Both the position numbers and the translations under genes were made by a program. This document shows, piece after piece, positions 27,629-37,334 of a stretch of 64,000 nucleotides of DNA. Source of the DNA: Syntrophales bacterium (lineage in GTDB: Bacteria > Desulfobacterota > Syntrophia > Syntrophales > CG2-30-49-12); NCBI GenBank assembly GCA_030018935.1, contig JASEGZ010000001.1, positions 33,290 to 97,289 of the forward strand, read 5' to 3'. Position 1 is the first letter of the stretch, and every line of letters begins with the position of its first letter. The notes under the pieces are model-generated. The model saw only the letters and a list, made by a program, of their open reading frames with translations, made no database searches and was not told the DNA's origin.

Positions 27629-28981
27629 ATGTCTGAAACTTTTGACTTAGTCGTCATTGGTGCAGGTCCTGGTGGCCATGCAGCGGCTGAACATGCTGCC
27701 AGATGGGGAGTCAGGGTGGCCATTATCGAAAAAAACCTCTGGGGTGGCACGTGTACCCATCGGGGTTGCATCCCTACGAAAGCCCTGCTGGCCTGCAGCA
27801 GGCAATACGCAGACCTTAAAAGAGGGAAGCGTATGGGAATTAACGTGGGTAAGACATCCTTTGATTTTTCGGCGATAAAGCGACATCAGCAGCACGCGGT
27901 TAATATCTCGGCACTCGGTGTAGAGAGATCGTTAAAAGATGCCGGGGTTGAATTGAAAGTCGGAGAGGGAAGAATCCTCTCCCCTCATGAGGTACAATGG
28001 ATCTCAGCGGAAGGGGAGATAAATCGTCTCCAGGCGGAAAATATCATTATTGCCTGGGGTTCAGAACCTCTTCTCTTGCCCGGCGTGGAAACTTCAAAAC
28101 GCATTTTAACTTCTGACGGCTTCCTGGCACTGGAGAAGTTGCCCGAAACCGTTATCATTGTGGGGGGAAGTGCCATAGGTGTGGAATTTGCCACATTCCT
28201 GGCCGAGCTTGACGTCAGGGTAGGCGTGATCGAACTTATGGATCAATTGCTTCCCCTTGAAGATCAGGAAGCCGCCAGTTTCCTGAAGCAGAATCTAACC
28301 GGTCTGGGTATTGACATCCACACATCAACAAAGGTGGAAACGCTTCACGAGGTACCCGATGGGATTCTGGTAACGGCAACTCAACAGTCTCGGACACTTG
28401 AACTAACAGCCGAATATGCCCTGGTCTGTACCGGCAGAAAACCCTCATTAAGGACCGATGAATTGAATCAACTGGGCATTCAATATGATCACAGGGGTAT
28501 TTTTGTGGATGGGTGTCAGATGACAAATGTGGAAGGTATATATGCGATTGGTGATGTGACCGGGGGGATTATGCTTGCCCACCGTGCGATTCAGCAGGGC
28601 AGGGCTGTTGCCAGTCATCTTTACGGAGATCGCTCGGTGACGTACAGAGAGGACGCTGTACCTTTTGTTGTTTATACACATCCCAATGTCGCCAGGGTCG
28701 GTTTAACAGAAAAACAGGTTAAGGCAGATGGTATAGAGCCAGAGGTAAGAAGATCCCACTACGGTGCCAATATCATGGCCCGTGTGGAACTTCGAGGTAA
28801 TGGGTTTGTGAAGGCCCTGTTTCATAAGGATATGCTCGTCGGGGTTACGATCGTTGGCGAACAGGCATGTGAACTCATTGCTCCGATGAGCCTTGCCGTG
28901 GCCAATAGTATGAAAAAAAAGGAATTGAGAAAATGGACGCTTCCTCACCCGACCTTAAGCGAGGTCCTGAGCTTGTTTTAA
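27629..28981 (+). CDS. lpdA: dihydrolipoyl dehydrogenase
   Basis: 450 aa with FAD motif VIGAGPGG, redox disulfide GGTCTHRGCIPTK, and the C-terminal HPTLSE. Confidence 0.9.
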   Translation: MSETFDLVVIGAGPGGHAAAEHAARWGVRVAIIEKNLWGGTCTHRGCIPTKALLACSRQYADLKRGKRMGINVGKTSFDFSAIKRHQQHAVNISALGVERSLKDAGVELKVGEGRILSPHEVQWISAEGEINRLQAENIIIAWGSEPLLLPGVETSKRILTSDGFLALEKLPETVIIVGGSAIGVEFATFLAELDVRVGVIELMDQLLPLEDQEAASFLKQNLTGLGIDIHTSTKVETLHEVPDGILVTATQQSRTLELTAEYALVCTGRKPSLRTDELNQLGIQYDHRGIFVDGCQMTNVEGIYAIGDVTGGIMLAHRAIQQGRAVASHLYGDRSVTYREDAVPFVVYTHPNVARVGLTEKQVKADGIEPEVRRSHYGANIMARVELRGNGFVKALFHKDMLVGVTIVGEQACELIAPMSLAVANSMKKKELRKWTLPHPTLSEVLSLF

Positions 28982-29060
28982 AGACATGAACACGTACCAA
29001 TTTTCCTATGACAGAGAAATGCCTGAAAGAGACATTGTGTGTCCGGGGAAGGGACGTTTG

Positions 29061-29789
29061 CTAATAAATCCTGAAGGGACTGAAATCGGTTTGATAGTCA
29101 TAGAAGTCTTCCCGTTCTGCATCCTTGAGAAACCCGACAATAGTGTAAGTTACAGGTGTCATAAAGACCTCGATGGCGACCTTGAAGATATAATTTGCCA
29201 TGATCAGACTCAACATTAGGGCGACGGGGAAAACCCCGAAAAGGGTGGCAATAATGACAAAAAAAAGCGTATCCACCCCTTCACCCACCAGGGTGCTCCC
29301 GATGGTACGTGTCCATAACCACCTTCCCCTGGTTAGGATCTTCATTTTGGCCAGAACAAAGGCGTTGGAGAATTCACCCATCCAGTAACCGAGAAGACTT
29401 GCCAGAACAATACCCCCCGATGTCATCCCTTGCAGGATGGCATCGTATGCGTTTTGGCCGGCATACCTTTCCCAGGTGGCTTCTCCAGGGAGGATCTTTA
29501 CAATGTAAAAAATAATGCTTGAAAACGTAAGACAGGCAAATCCCGCCCAGATGACCCTTCTCGAACGTCTATAGCCATAAACCTCTGTGAGGATATCGCC
29601 AAAGATATAACTGAGGGGAAACAGGATCGTCCCCGCATCGAACGCCAATCTTACACCAAAGAGCGCAACGCCCCAGTCCACAATTTTGGCGGAAGAGGCG
29701 ATATTACTGAGTATGAGAACAGTGACAAAAAGGACCATAATCAGGTCATAGTATTTGTACGTCTTCTTTTCCACCAACATATCCATCAT
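29061..29789 (-). CDS. yhhQ: queuosine precursor transporter (YhhQ/DUF165 family)
   Basis: 242 aa, polytopic. Motifs AGTILFPLSYIFGDILTEVYGY and GEGVDTLFF are typical of the family. The exact start among MMDML is unclear. Confidence 0.8.
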   Translation of the reverse strand: MMDMLVEKKTYKYYDLIMVLFVTVLILSNIASSAKIVDWGVALFGVRLAFDAGTILFPLSYIFGDILTEVYGYRRSRRVIWAGFACLTFSSIIFYIVKILPGEATWERYAGQNAYDAILQGMTSGGIVLASLLGYWMGEFSNAFVLAKMKILTRGRWLWTRTIGSTLVGEGVDTLFFVIIATLFGVFPVALMLSLIMANYIFKVAIEVFMTPVTYTIVGFLKDAEREDFYDYQTDFSPFRIY

Positions 29790-30150
29790 CCATTTCTATG
29801 GTTCCAGATAACATATATTGCTCATCTTGCTTTTTCATTGCCTCTCGTATCTTTTGCAAAAGGTACCATGCTGTTGGATAAGAAACACCTATTTCTTTCA
29901 TTAATTGCATGGCTGAAAATCCCTTTTTGTCTTGAGCAACTCGATATATTGCCCAATACCATTTCCACAAAGGTAAATTCCTGCTATGAAAGATGGTGCC
30001 TGATGTTACTGAAGCTTGATACCCACATTTCAGACACCAGTTTAATTTCCTTTCCGGTTGAAAATGTGATTCTCTTTCCTTGCATCGAGGACATACGAAT
30101 CCTTCTGACCAGCGCTTTTCTTTGATAGGATTTGATAGGAACTTGCTTTC
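29746..30150 (-). pseudogene. IS1595-family transposase remnant (N-terminal third only)
   Basis: The continuous minus-strand frame has no start codon: ...KRWSEGFVCPRCKERESHFQPERKLNWCLKCGYQASVTSGTIFHSRNLPLWKWYWAIY...IEMDDGYVGGKE. This is a zinc ribbon and HTH up to the first DDE Asp. It then stops, overlapping the yhhQ start. Confidence 0.75.
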
Positions 30151-30343
30151 TCACGGGGAAAAGTATAGATGAGAGGAATATGTGTGTCAAGAGTAAAAGG
30201 CCAGAGGGTATGGGGGGAAACTGGTGATTACCATTGATGGTCCGGGCAGGGATGTCGAGTGGTTTTCTCCACACGAGACCGATGCTATCCGGAAGCAGAT
30301 GGGGAAGTTTTTGTGAGTTGCAGGGCAAAGACGGCGAAATTTC

Positions 30344-30372
30344 TTGACTTCAGAAAGGTATGGATATAGTTT
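30344..30372 (+). promoter_or_regulatory. candidate sigma70-type promoter upstream of valS
   Basis: TTGACT (30344-30349), then TATAGT at 15-nt spacing or TAGTTT at 17-nt spacing. It would give a ~170-nt leader containing the heptamer hairpin. Confidence 0.3.
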
Positions 30373-30379
30373 AATTAAT

Positions 30380-30520
30380 GTAAGCGTTCAGCAATCAGCC
30401 GTCAGCTTTCAGTAAAAAACAGATGCTTAGACGAGCCCCCTCTTTTTGCTAAAGCAATGTTTTTATGGATAATACGTTACTTTTCTTTGTCTTGCTGATG
30501 GCTGACTGCTGAATGCTTAC
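30380..30520. repeat. heptamer-arm hairpin, family C (TCAGCNN), capped GTAAGC...GCTTAC
   Basis: gtaagcgttcagcaatcagccgtcagctttcag ... cttgctgatggctgactgctgaatgcttac. Lies in the valS leader. Confidence 0.9.
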
Positions 30521-30542
30521 GTTTTTTTAATGGTGGTCTTAG

Positions 30543-33221
30543 ATGGGCAAGAAGTCGTTGAGTAAGGTCTATGAGCCTCGCGAGTCAGAGGCAAAGTGGT
30601 ACAAGTTCTGGTTTGATCACGGTTTCTTCCGGGCAGAGGACAAGAGTTCGAAGCCCCCATTTTCTATTGTCATTCCCCCTCCCAACGTTACGGGGATGCT
30701 CCACATGGGGCATGCCTTGAATAATGTTCTCCAGGACATCATCATCCGGTTTAAAAGGATGCAGGGGTATAATACCCTCTGGATGCCGGGGATGGATCAT
30801 GCGGGAATAGCTACCCAGAATGTTGTTGAGCAGGAACTGGCGAGGGAGGGTATCACAAGACACGATCTCGGTAGAGAAAAGTTTATTGAGCGAATATGGG
30901 AGTGGAAGGCAAGATACGGGGGTGTAATCATCAACCAGCTCAAGCGACTGGGGTGCTCCTGTGACTGGTCTCGGGAACGCTTTACCATGGATAAGGGCTT
31001 ATCCAGGGCGGTGCGGGAGGTCTTCGTCAGGCTGTATGGCAAGGGTCTGATATATCAGGGTGATTATATCGTAAACTGGTGCCCCCGCTGTCACACCGCT
31101 ATCTCAGACCTTGAGGTGGAATATAAAGAGGAAGAGGGTTTTCTCTGGCATATCCGCTATCCCCTTGCGGATAGTAATGTAGCGCTTGTGGTGGCCACGA
31201 CGCGACCGGAGACGATGCTTGGTGACACGGCAGTTGCCGTTAACCCGAACGATGAACGATACAGGGATAAAATCGGGAAAGAGGTGATCCTGCCCTTGGT
31301 CGGCAGGAAGATACCTATCGTTGCCGACGATTATGTGAGCATGGAGTTCGGTTCCGGGGCGGTGAAGGTCACCCCTGCCCATGATCCCAATGACTTTGCC
31401 ATTGCGGCAAGACACAAACTCGAAGCCATCAAGATCATGGACGGCGATGCCGTGATCAATGAACGGGGAGGTCTTTATCAGGGGCAGGATCGCTACGAGT
31501 GCAGGGGAAATATCGTCGGGGATCTGGAGAAGGAAGGATTCCTCGTCGGCAAGGAACCTTATATCCACCGTATCGGACAGTGTTATCGGTGCGGGACAGA
31601 CATTGAGCCGACCATTTCGAGACAATGGTTTGTCAAGATAAAACCCCTGGCGAAGATGGCGAGTACGGCCGTGGTCAAAGGGAAAACGAAGATCGTACCC
31701 GCCACCTGGGAGGCGACCTATTTTGAATGGCTGAACAATATCAGGGACTGGTGTATTTCGCGACAGATATGGTGGGGGCACAGAATTCCCGTGTGGTATT
31801 GCGACAACTGTGGAGAGATGATTGTCTCCGCCCGGGATCCGGATAAATGCCCTTCCTGCGGTGAAATTAGCTTAAGGCAAGAAGAGGATGTCCTGGATAC
31901 CTGGTTCAGCTCCGCCCTCTGGCCCTTTTCCACCCTCGGATGGCCGGACAAGACCGGGGCATTAAAGGCATTTTATCCCACCTCTGTTCTGATTACCGGT
32001 TTTGATATCCTCTTTTTCTGGGTGGCCAGGATGATGATGATGGGGCTGTACATCATGAAGGATGTACCCTTCAGGTACGTGTATCTCCACGCCCTTGTGC
32101 GGGATGAAAAGGGTGAAAAGATGAGTAAGTCCCGGGGGAATATTATAGATCCTATAGAGATGATTGATAAATATGGCGCCGATGCCTTCAGATTTACCTT
32201 AGCCGCCTTTACGGCCCAGGGCAGAGATGTGCGGATGTCCGAGGAGCGGATTGAGGGCTATAAGTTTTTTGTGAATAAGATCTGGAATGCCACTAAGTTC
32301 TCTCTGATGAATCTAAAAGACTACCCGGCGGGGGTTCATGTTGGAAGGGACGGGGAATCCCTTGCCGACCGCTGGATTAAGGACAGACTGAATGCAACCA
32401 TTACCGAGATAATCAGTGCCCTCGATGAGTATCGCTTTAATGAAGCGGCCACAAGTATTTATCAGTTTATCTGGCACGAACTCTGCGACTGGTACCTGGA
32501 GATGATAAAACCCGTCCTCTACGGGAGGGGGAACCCTGTAGGGAGACTTGCCGCCCAGCATACGTTGTTTACCGTATTAAAAACTTCTCTGAAACTACTT
32601 CACCCCTTTATGCCCTTCGTTACCGAAGAGATATGGCAGGCCCTGGTCAACAATGGCAGCTCCATTATGGTTAGTGAATTTCCTTCTGCCGATGATGACA
32701 ATCGGGATCCGGAGGCAGAAAAAAAGATGGCCGTTATTATGGAGGTGATCAGTAAGATCAGGAATATCAGGGGCGAGATGAATATAGCGCCGTCGCAGAG
32801 GATAAAGGTGATTATCTCTGTCCCGGATAAGGAATTGAGTGCCGTTATAGAAGAGGGGAAAGATTACATCGTGGATCTGGCCCATCTCGAGACCCTGACC
32901 ATCAGGGGTGATGTGGGAGAACCGAAGGGTGCGGCGACGGGTGTCGTCGGTTCCATGCGGATCTTTGTTCTGTTGGAAGGGATGGCCGATATTGCCGCAG
33001 AGAAGGCAAGACTCGAAAAGGAAATAGCGAAGGTGACCAGGGAACTGACCTTTGTCTCGAAAAAACTGGCCAACCGTGATTTCCTGACAAGGGCTGCGGA
33101 GACAGTGGTTAAAAAGGAAGAGGAGAAATTCAGGGAACTGAGGGATAAACATGTTATGCTGGAGGCAGCCATCAGAAAGGTTCGGGAGATGGGAATGGAG
33201 ACCCTAAGCACGAAATCCTAA
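30543..33221 (+). CDS. valS: valyl-tRNA synthetase
   Basis: 892 aa with HIGH-type (PNVTGMLHMGH) and KMSKS motifs and a C-terminal coiled coil. Confidence 0.95.
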   Translation: MGKKSLSKVYEPRESEAKWYKFWFDHGFFRAEDKSSKPPFSIVIPPPNVTGMLHMGHALNNVLQDIIIRFKRMQGYNTLWMPGMDHAGIATQNVVEQELAREGITRHDLGREKFIERIWEWKARYGGVIINQLKRLGCSCDWSRERFTMDKGLSRAVREVFVRLYGKGLIYQGDYIVNWCPRCHTAISDLEVEYKEEEGFLWHIRYPLADSNVALVVATTRPETMLGDTAVAVNPNDERYRDKIGKEVILPLVGRKIPIVADDYVSMEFGSGAVKVTPAHDPNDFAIAARHKLEAIKIMDGDAVINERGGLYQGQDRYECRGNIVGDLEKEGFLVGKEPYIHRIGQCYRCGTDIEPTISRQWFVKIKPLAKMASTAVVKGKTKIVPATWEATYFEWLNNIRDWCISRQIWWGHRIPVWYCDNCGEMIVSARDPDKCPSCGEISLRQEEDVLDTWFSSALWPFSTLGWPDKTGALKAFYPTSVLITGFDILFFWVARMMMMGLYIMKDVPFRYVYLHALVRDEKGEKMSKSRGNIIDPIEMIDKYGADAFRFTLAAFTAQGRDVRMSEERIEGYKFFVNKIWNATKFSLMNLKDYPAGVHVGRDGESLADRWIKDRLNATITEIISALDEYRFNEAATSIYQFIWHELCDWYLEMIKPVLYGRGNPVGRLAAQHTLFTVLKTSLKLLHPFMPFVTEEIWQALVNNGSSIMVSEFPSADDDNRDPEAEKKMAVIMEVISKIRNIRGEMNIAPSQRIKVIISVPDKELSAVIEEGKDYIVDLAHLETLTIRGDVGEPKGAATGVVGSMRIFVLLEGMADIAAEKARLEKEIAKVTRELTFVSKKLANRDFLTRAAETVVKKEEEKFRELRDKHVMLEAAIRKVREMGMETLSTKS

Positions 33222-33348
33222 ATCCTAAACAAACTCAAATGGCCAAAATTAAAAATTCAAAACAATATGATTTGGAAGAGCGCACCTTGAAATTTATTAG
33301 AGTAAAATAGTTTTGAAATTTGGATTTGTTTTAGGATTTAGTGCTTAG
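33204..33348. repeat. heptamer-arm hairpin, family D (AAATCCT)
   Basis: ctaagcacgaaatcctaaatcctaaacaaactcaaat ... atttggatttgttttaggatttagtgcttag. The left arm overlaps the last valS codons. Confidence 0.9.
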
Positions 33349-33376
33349 TAGGATTTAAGAAAAAGGGGCGTGGCGA

Positions 33377-34258
33377 GTGATCTCGTATTTTATGAAATCT
33401 ATCGTACCCTGGCTGATACAGGCAGCCCTGGAAGAGGATGTAGGGACAGGGGATGTTACAACTGGTGCTGTGCTTACAGGTGAAGAAGTTGGTTATGCGC
33501 AGGCGGTGGCCAGATCGGCGCTGGTGGTGGCGGGGATAGATATTTTCAAAGAGGTTTTTCTCTTCTCGGATGGAGATTTAAAGTTTACTGGCGAGAGGGA
33601 AGATGGTCAGATGGCGGCACCGGGTGATGTCTTGGCGGAAATCTCCGGGAAGCTCAGCACCATTCTGACGGCGGAGAGGGTGGCCCTCAATTTTTTTCAG
33701 AGGATGTGTGGCATTGCCACATTGACGAGACAGTATGTAGACGAGGTCAAGGGGACACAGGCAAAAATCCTGGATACGAGGAAGACGGTGCCGGGTCTCA
33801 GGGTTCTTGACAGGTATGCCGTAAGGATCGGAGGTGGTTTTAACCACCGGTTTGGCCTGTATGATGGTGTCCTGATCAAAGACAATCATATCGCCGCGGC
33901 AGGTGGTATATCCTGTGCTGTGGCCAGGGTTCGGGATCGTATTCCCCATACATTGAAGGTGGAGATTGAAGTCAGGAATCTGAGGGAGGTTGAAGAGGCC
34001 ATTGCTTCGGGGGTGGATGTGATTATGCTCGATAACATGAGTATCGGTGAGATGAGGGAAGCGGTTTCCCTCATCAGGGGAAGAATACCACTTGAGGCAT
34101 CGGGAGGTGTCAACCTTTCCAATGTGAAACAGATTGCCGAGACGGGAGTTGATCTTATCTCGGTAGGCGCACTGACCCACTCCGTAACGGCATCGGATAT
34201 ATCCTTGCAAATCAGGGAACAGAGGCCAGGAAACAGGGATCGGGATTTGAAGGATTAA
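33377..34258 (+). CDS. nadC: nicotinate-nucleotide pyrophosphorylase (carboxylating)
   Basis: 293 aa (GTG 33377; alternative ATG 33392). N-terminal ALEEDVGTGDVTT, and full length is QPRTase-like. Confidence 0.88.
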   Translation: MISYFMKSIVPWLIQAALEEDVGTGDVTTGAVLTGEEVGYAQAVARSALVVAGIDIFKEVFLFSDGDLKFTGEREDGQMAAPGDVLAEISGKLSTILTAERVALNFFQRMCGIATLTRQYVDEVKGTQAKILDTRKTVPGLRVLDRYAVRIGGGFNHRFGLYDGVLIKDNHIAAAGGISCAVARVRDRIPHTLKVEIEVRNLREVEEAIASGVDVIMLDNMSIGEMREAVSLIRGRIPLEASGGVNLSNVKQIAETGVDLISVGALTHSVTASDISLQIREQRPGNRDRDLKD

Positions 34259-34281
34259 TAACCCATGACCCATAACCTGCT

Positions 34282-35091
34282 GTGGATAACGGAAAACTGC
34301 CGGTGGATTTTAGTGAAGACATCTTAAGGGACCTTCTCTCGAGAAAACTGATAGGGAGCAGCGTACACTTCTTCCGTGAAGTCGCCTCCACAAACGATGT
34401 TGCCTTCAAGCTTGCCTTAAAGGGTGCTTCCGAGGGGACCGTTGTCGTTGCAGATGCTCAGACAAAGGGAAGAGGTCGTTTGAGTAGGGCGTGGCAATCA
34501 CCTGCGGGCTGTAATCTGTATACGTCAATCATCATAAGACCCCCCACGGAACCTGCCCGTGCTTCCCAGATTACCCTTATGGCAGGCGTTGCTGTAGCCG
34601 AGCTTCTCTCCTTCTATTGTCCTTCTGTTACCCTTAAGTGGCCGAATGATGTGCAGGTCGGCGGGAAAAAGGTGACCGGTATCCTTGCGGAGATGCGGAC
34701 ATCCGGGAAAGGGATTGATTTTATCATTGTGGGGATCGGTATCAATATTAACATGAAAAGGGATGCATTCGGGGAGGCTATTCAAGATATTGCAACATCC
34801 CTGAGAGAGGAAACAGGGGGCGATATCTCCCGCCTTGATTTGACCGTTAAATTGTACGATAGTTTTGAAAGATGGTATAAAAGGTACATCAGGGAGGGAT
34901 TCGATCCGATAAGGGATATGTGGCTCAAATACGATATCATTAAAGGAAGACATATCCAGGTGATGTCTGGAGATGAGGTGCAGAGAGGGGAAGTAGTGGG
35001 TATTGATGGAGACGGGTCGCTCCTCCTGCTTAATGAAAATAACATTACCCGGCGGATCATAGCCGGTGATGTTTCCATCATAAAGGGTTAA
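34282..35091 (+). CDS. birA: biotin--[acetyl-CoA-carboxylase] ligase
   Basis: 269 aa with the motif [14 protein letters not shown]. No N-terminal HTH is obvious. Confidence 0.85.
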   Translation: MDNGKLPVDFSEDILRDLLSRKLIGSSVHFFREVASTNDVAFKLALKGASEGTVVVADAQTKGRGRLSRAWQSPAGCNLYTSIIIRPPTEPARASQITLMAGVAVAELLSFYCPSVTLKWPNDVQVGGKKVTGILAEMRTSGKGIDFIIVGIGININMKRDAFGEAIQDIATSLREETGGDISRLDLTVKLYDSFERWYKRYIREGFDPIRDMWLKYDIIKGRHIQVMSGDEVQRGEVVGIDGDGSLLLLNENNITRRIIAGDVSIIKG

Positions 35092-35092
35092 T

Positions 35093-35857
35093 ATGCTTTT
35101 AGCCATTGATGTGGGAAATACAGACACTGTCCTTGGTTTATATGATGGAGATAAACTGGTACATGACTGGAGGATCAGGACAGTTGTTGATCATACCGTG
35201 GATGAGTACGGGATGCTGATCCTCAATCTGTATAAATCACGCAGGATCAGCTCGAAGGTAATTAAGGATATTATCATTTCCTGTGTCGTTCCGCCGATGT
35301 TGAATATCTTAGAGCCGGTTTGCAGTAAATATTTTGCTATCAAGCCCTTGATTGTCGGGCCAGGCATCAAGACGGGAATGCCGATCTTTTATGATAATCC
35401 GAGGGAAGTGGGTGCCGACCGGATTGTCAATGCCGTTGCGGCCTATGAAAAACACAGGAGGGAGCTTATTATCGTAGATTTTGGCACCGCCACTACCTTT
35501 GATTATGTGTCAGGCAAAGGGGAATATATGGGGGGATGTATATCGCCCGGTATTACGATCTCCTCTGAGGCCCTCTTTGCCCGGGCGGCGAAGCTGCCGA
35601 GGGTGGAATTGAGCAAACCCAGGTCCATCATCGGCAAGGATACGGTAAGCAGTATGCAGGCAGGAATCGTGTATGGCTATGCGAGCCTTGTGGATGGTAT
35701 CATTGATCGTATGAAAGCGGAGGTGAAATCAGATCCATTGGTTGTGGCAACAGGGGGACTGGCGAAGATCATCGCACCTGAAACAAAAAGCATCGCTGTG
35801 GTTGATGAAATGCTTACCCTCGAAGGGCTTCGCATCATCTATTTGCGAAACAGGTAA
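35093..35857 (+). CDS. coaX: type III pantothenate kinase
   Basis: 254 aa with [10 protein letters not shown] and DFGTATT motifs. Confidence 0.9.
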   Translation: MLLAIDVGNTDTVLGLYDGDKLVHDWRIRTVVDHTVDEYGMLILNLYKSRRISSKVIKDIIISCVVPPMLNILEPVCSKYFAIKPLIVGPGIKTGMPIFYDNPREVGADRIVNAVAAYEKHRRELIIVDFGTATTFDYVSGKGEYMGGCISPGITISSEALFARAAKLPRVELSKPRSIIGKDTVSSMQAGIVYGYASLVDGIIDRMKAEVKSDPLVVATGGLAKIIAPETKSIAVVDEMLTLEGLRIIYLRNR

Positions 35858-35952
35858 CTACTTCCGAATTTACCAAATTGGTTGTTGTGGAAGACATACA
35901 CTGCTTCTATTCTGGATTCTGGCTCCTGAGTAGTTACGATGGATGTGGCATT

Positions 35953-36564
35953 ATGTTGAATGTGGGTCTAACAGGTGGGATTGCCTCCGGAAAATCTACG
36001 GTAGCAAAGATGTTTCAGGAGAAAGGGGCATGTCTGATTGACCTTGATGAAATTGCCCACTACGTGGAGGAACCGGATCGTCCTGCCTGGAAGGCGATTG
36101 TGGAGTATTTTGGAGCAGAGATCCTCAATGAGGACAGGACGATAAACCGGGCAAAATTAGGCGCCATCGTCTTTAAAGACAGAGAGAAATTAGCCGTCCT
36201 CGGCCGTATTGTTCATCCCCATATCATTCCCGAATGGCGGAAGAGGATAACCGAGATCGGGAAAACCAAGCCAGACGGGATATTCCTGTCAGATGTTCCT
36301 CTGCTCATCGAGGGCAGGTTGCAGCATTTAGTGGATGTTGTTGTGCTGGTCTATATTTCTCCTGATGAACAGATAGAGAAATTGATGAAGAGAAACGGAT
36401 GCTCCCGGGAAGATGCCGTGGAGAGACTTGCCTCCCAGATGCCCATTGATGATAAGATCCAATATGCCGACGTTGTCATTAACAACCAGGGTTCGGTGGA
36501 AAGGACGAGAGAAATTGTCAGTGAGGTCTGGGAAGAGCTGCTGAAGAGAAGAACTGCGAAGTGA
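35953..36564 (+). CDS. coaE: dephospho-CoA kinase
   Basis: The track starts at 35878. The likely start is MLNVGLTGGIASGKST at 35953 (P-loop at the N-terminus). Confidence 0.88.
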   Translation: MLNVGLTGGIASGKSTVAKMFQEKGACLIDLDEIAHYVEEPDRPAWKAIVEYFGAEILNEDRTINRAKLGAIVFKDREKLAVLGRIVHPHIIPEWRKRITEIGKTKPDGIFLSDVPLLIEGRLQHLVDVVVLVYISPDEQIEKLMKRNGCSREDAVERLASQMPIDDKIQYADVVINNQGSVERTREIVSEVWEELLKRRTAK

Positions 36565-36568
36565 TGAT

Positions 36569-37183
36569 ATGATAGAGAAGAATGTATTAACGGATTTTTG
36601 CACGAAGGTATCGGAGCCGGTCATTGATCCTTCGACCTATGTCCACACCCTGGCGGCTGTTATCGGAAACGTCGTTCTTGGCAGGAACATCATGGTTGCG
36701 CCGATGGCATCCGTCCGCGGTGATGAGGGGCAGCTCCTCTATGTCGGTGATGATTCAAATATCCAGGACGGGGTTGTTATCCATGCCCTCGAGACGGAGA
36801 GCGAGGGAAAGGCCGTGGAGAAGAATCTATACGAAGTAAATGGCAGGCGGTATGCCGTTTATATTGGAAAGAGGGTCTCCCTGGCCCATCAGGCACAGAT
36901 TCATGGGCCGGCCGTTATTATGGATGATACCTTTGTCGGAATGAAGGCCCTGGTCTTTAAATCCTCTGTGGGGAGGCGCTGTGTCATCGAACCGGGGGTG
37001 ATCCTCATGGGGGTGACCGTGGCGGATCACCGCTATGTCCCGGCTGGTTCCGTGATCAGCGCTTCACAGCAGGCGGATCAGCTTCCTGAAATTACAGAGG
37101 ATTACCCGATGAGGGATATAAACAGGGAAGTCGTCCGCGTCAATACATCCCTGGCCAAAGGATACCTGTCAGTTAAGAAATAG
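36569..37183 (+). CDS. cam: gamma-class carbonic anhydrase, Cam type
   Basis: 204 aa, collinear with Methanosarcina Cam as I recall it: PVIDPSTYVH, MASVRGDEGQ, NIQDGVVIHALE, VSLAHQAQIHGPA, FVGMKALVFKS, DQLPEITEDY. Confidence 0.8.
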   Translation: MIEKNVLTDFCTKVSEPVIDPSTYVHTLAAVIGNVVLGRNIMVAPMASVRGDEGQLLYVGDDSNIQDGVVIHALETESEGKAVEKNLYEVNGRRYAVYIGKRVSLAHQAQIHGPAVIMDDTFVGMKALVFKSSVGRRCVIEPGVILMGVTVADHRYVPAGSVISASQQADQLPEITEDYPMRDINREVVRVNTSLAKGYLSVKK

Positions 37184-37242
37184 GACGTCATAGACCCCAG
37201 TATTTTTTCAAGTTTGGGAAGAGGGTTCTAATAAAATATCCC

Positions 37243-37271
37243 TTGACAAAAAATCAATAAACCCTTAAAAA
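37243..37271 (+). promoter_or_regulatory. candidate sigma70-type promoter for fhs
   Basis: TTGACA (37243-37248), 17 nt, TAAAAA (37266-37271), about 63 nt upstream of the fhs ATG. Confidence 0.35.
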
Positions 37272-37334
37272 GGCGAGCGTCAGAATTTCTATAAATGGAA
37301 ATTATGCCATAAAATTCAAGAAGGAGGAGTATGA

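Noticed and set aside
28986-29219. 77-aa plus-strand ORF after lpdA
   Set aside because: It overlaps the 3' end of yhhQ on the opposite strand and has no RBS or motifs. The YhhQ frame is clearly the real one.
29984-30328. 114-aa minus-strand ORF upstream of the IS remnant
   Set aside because: Its 3' part is an off-frame reading of the transposase zinc-ribbon region, and the rest has no features.
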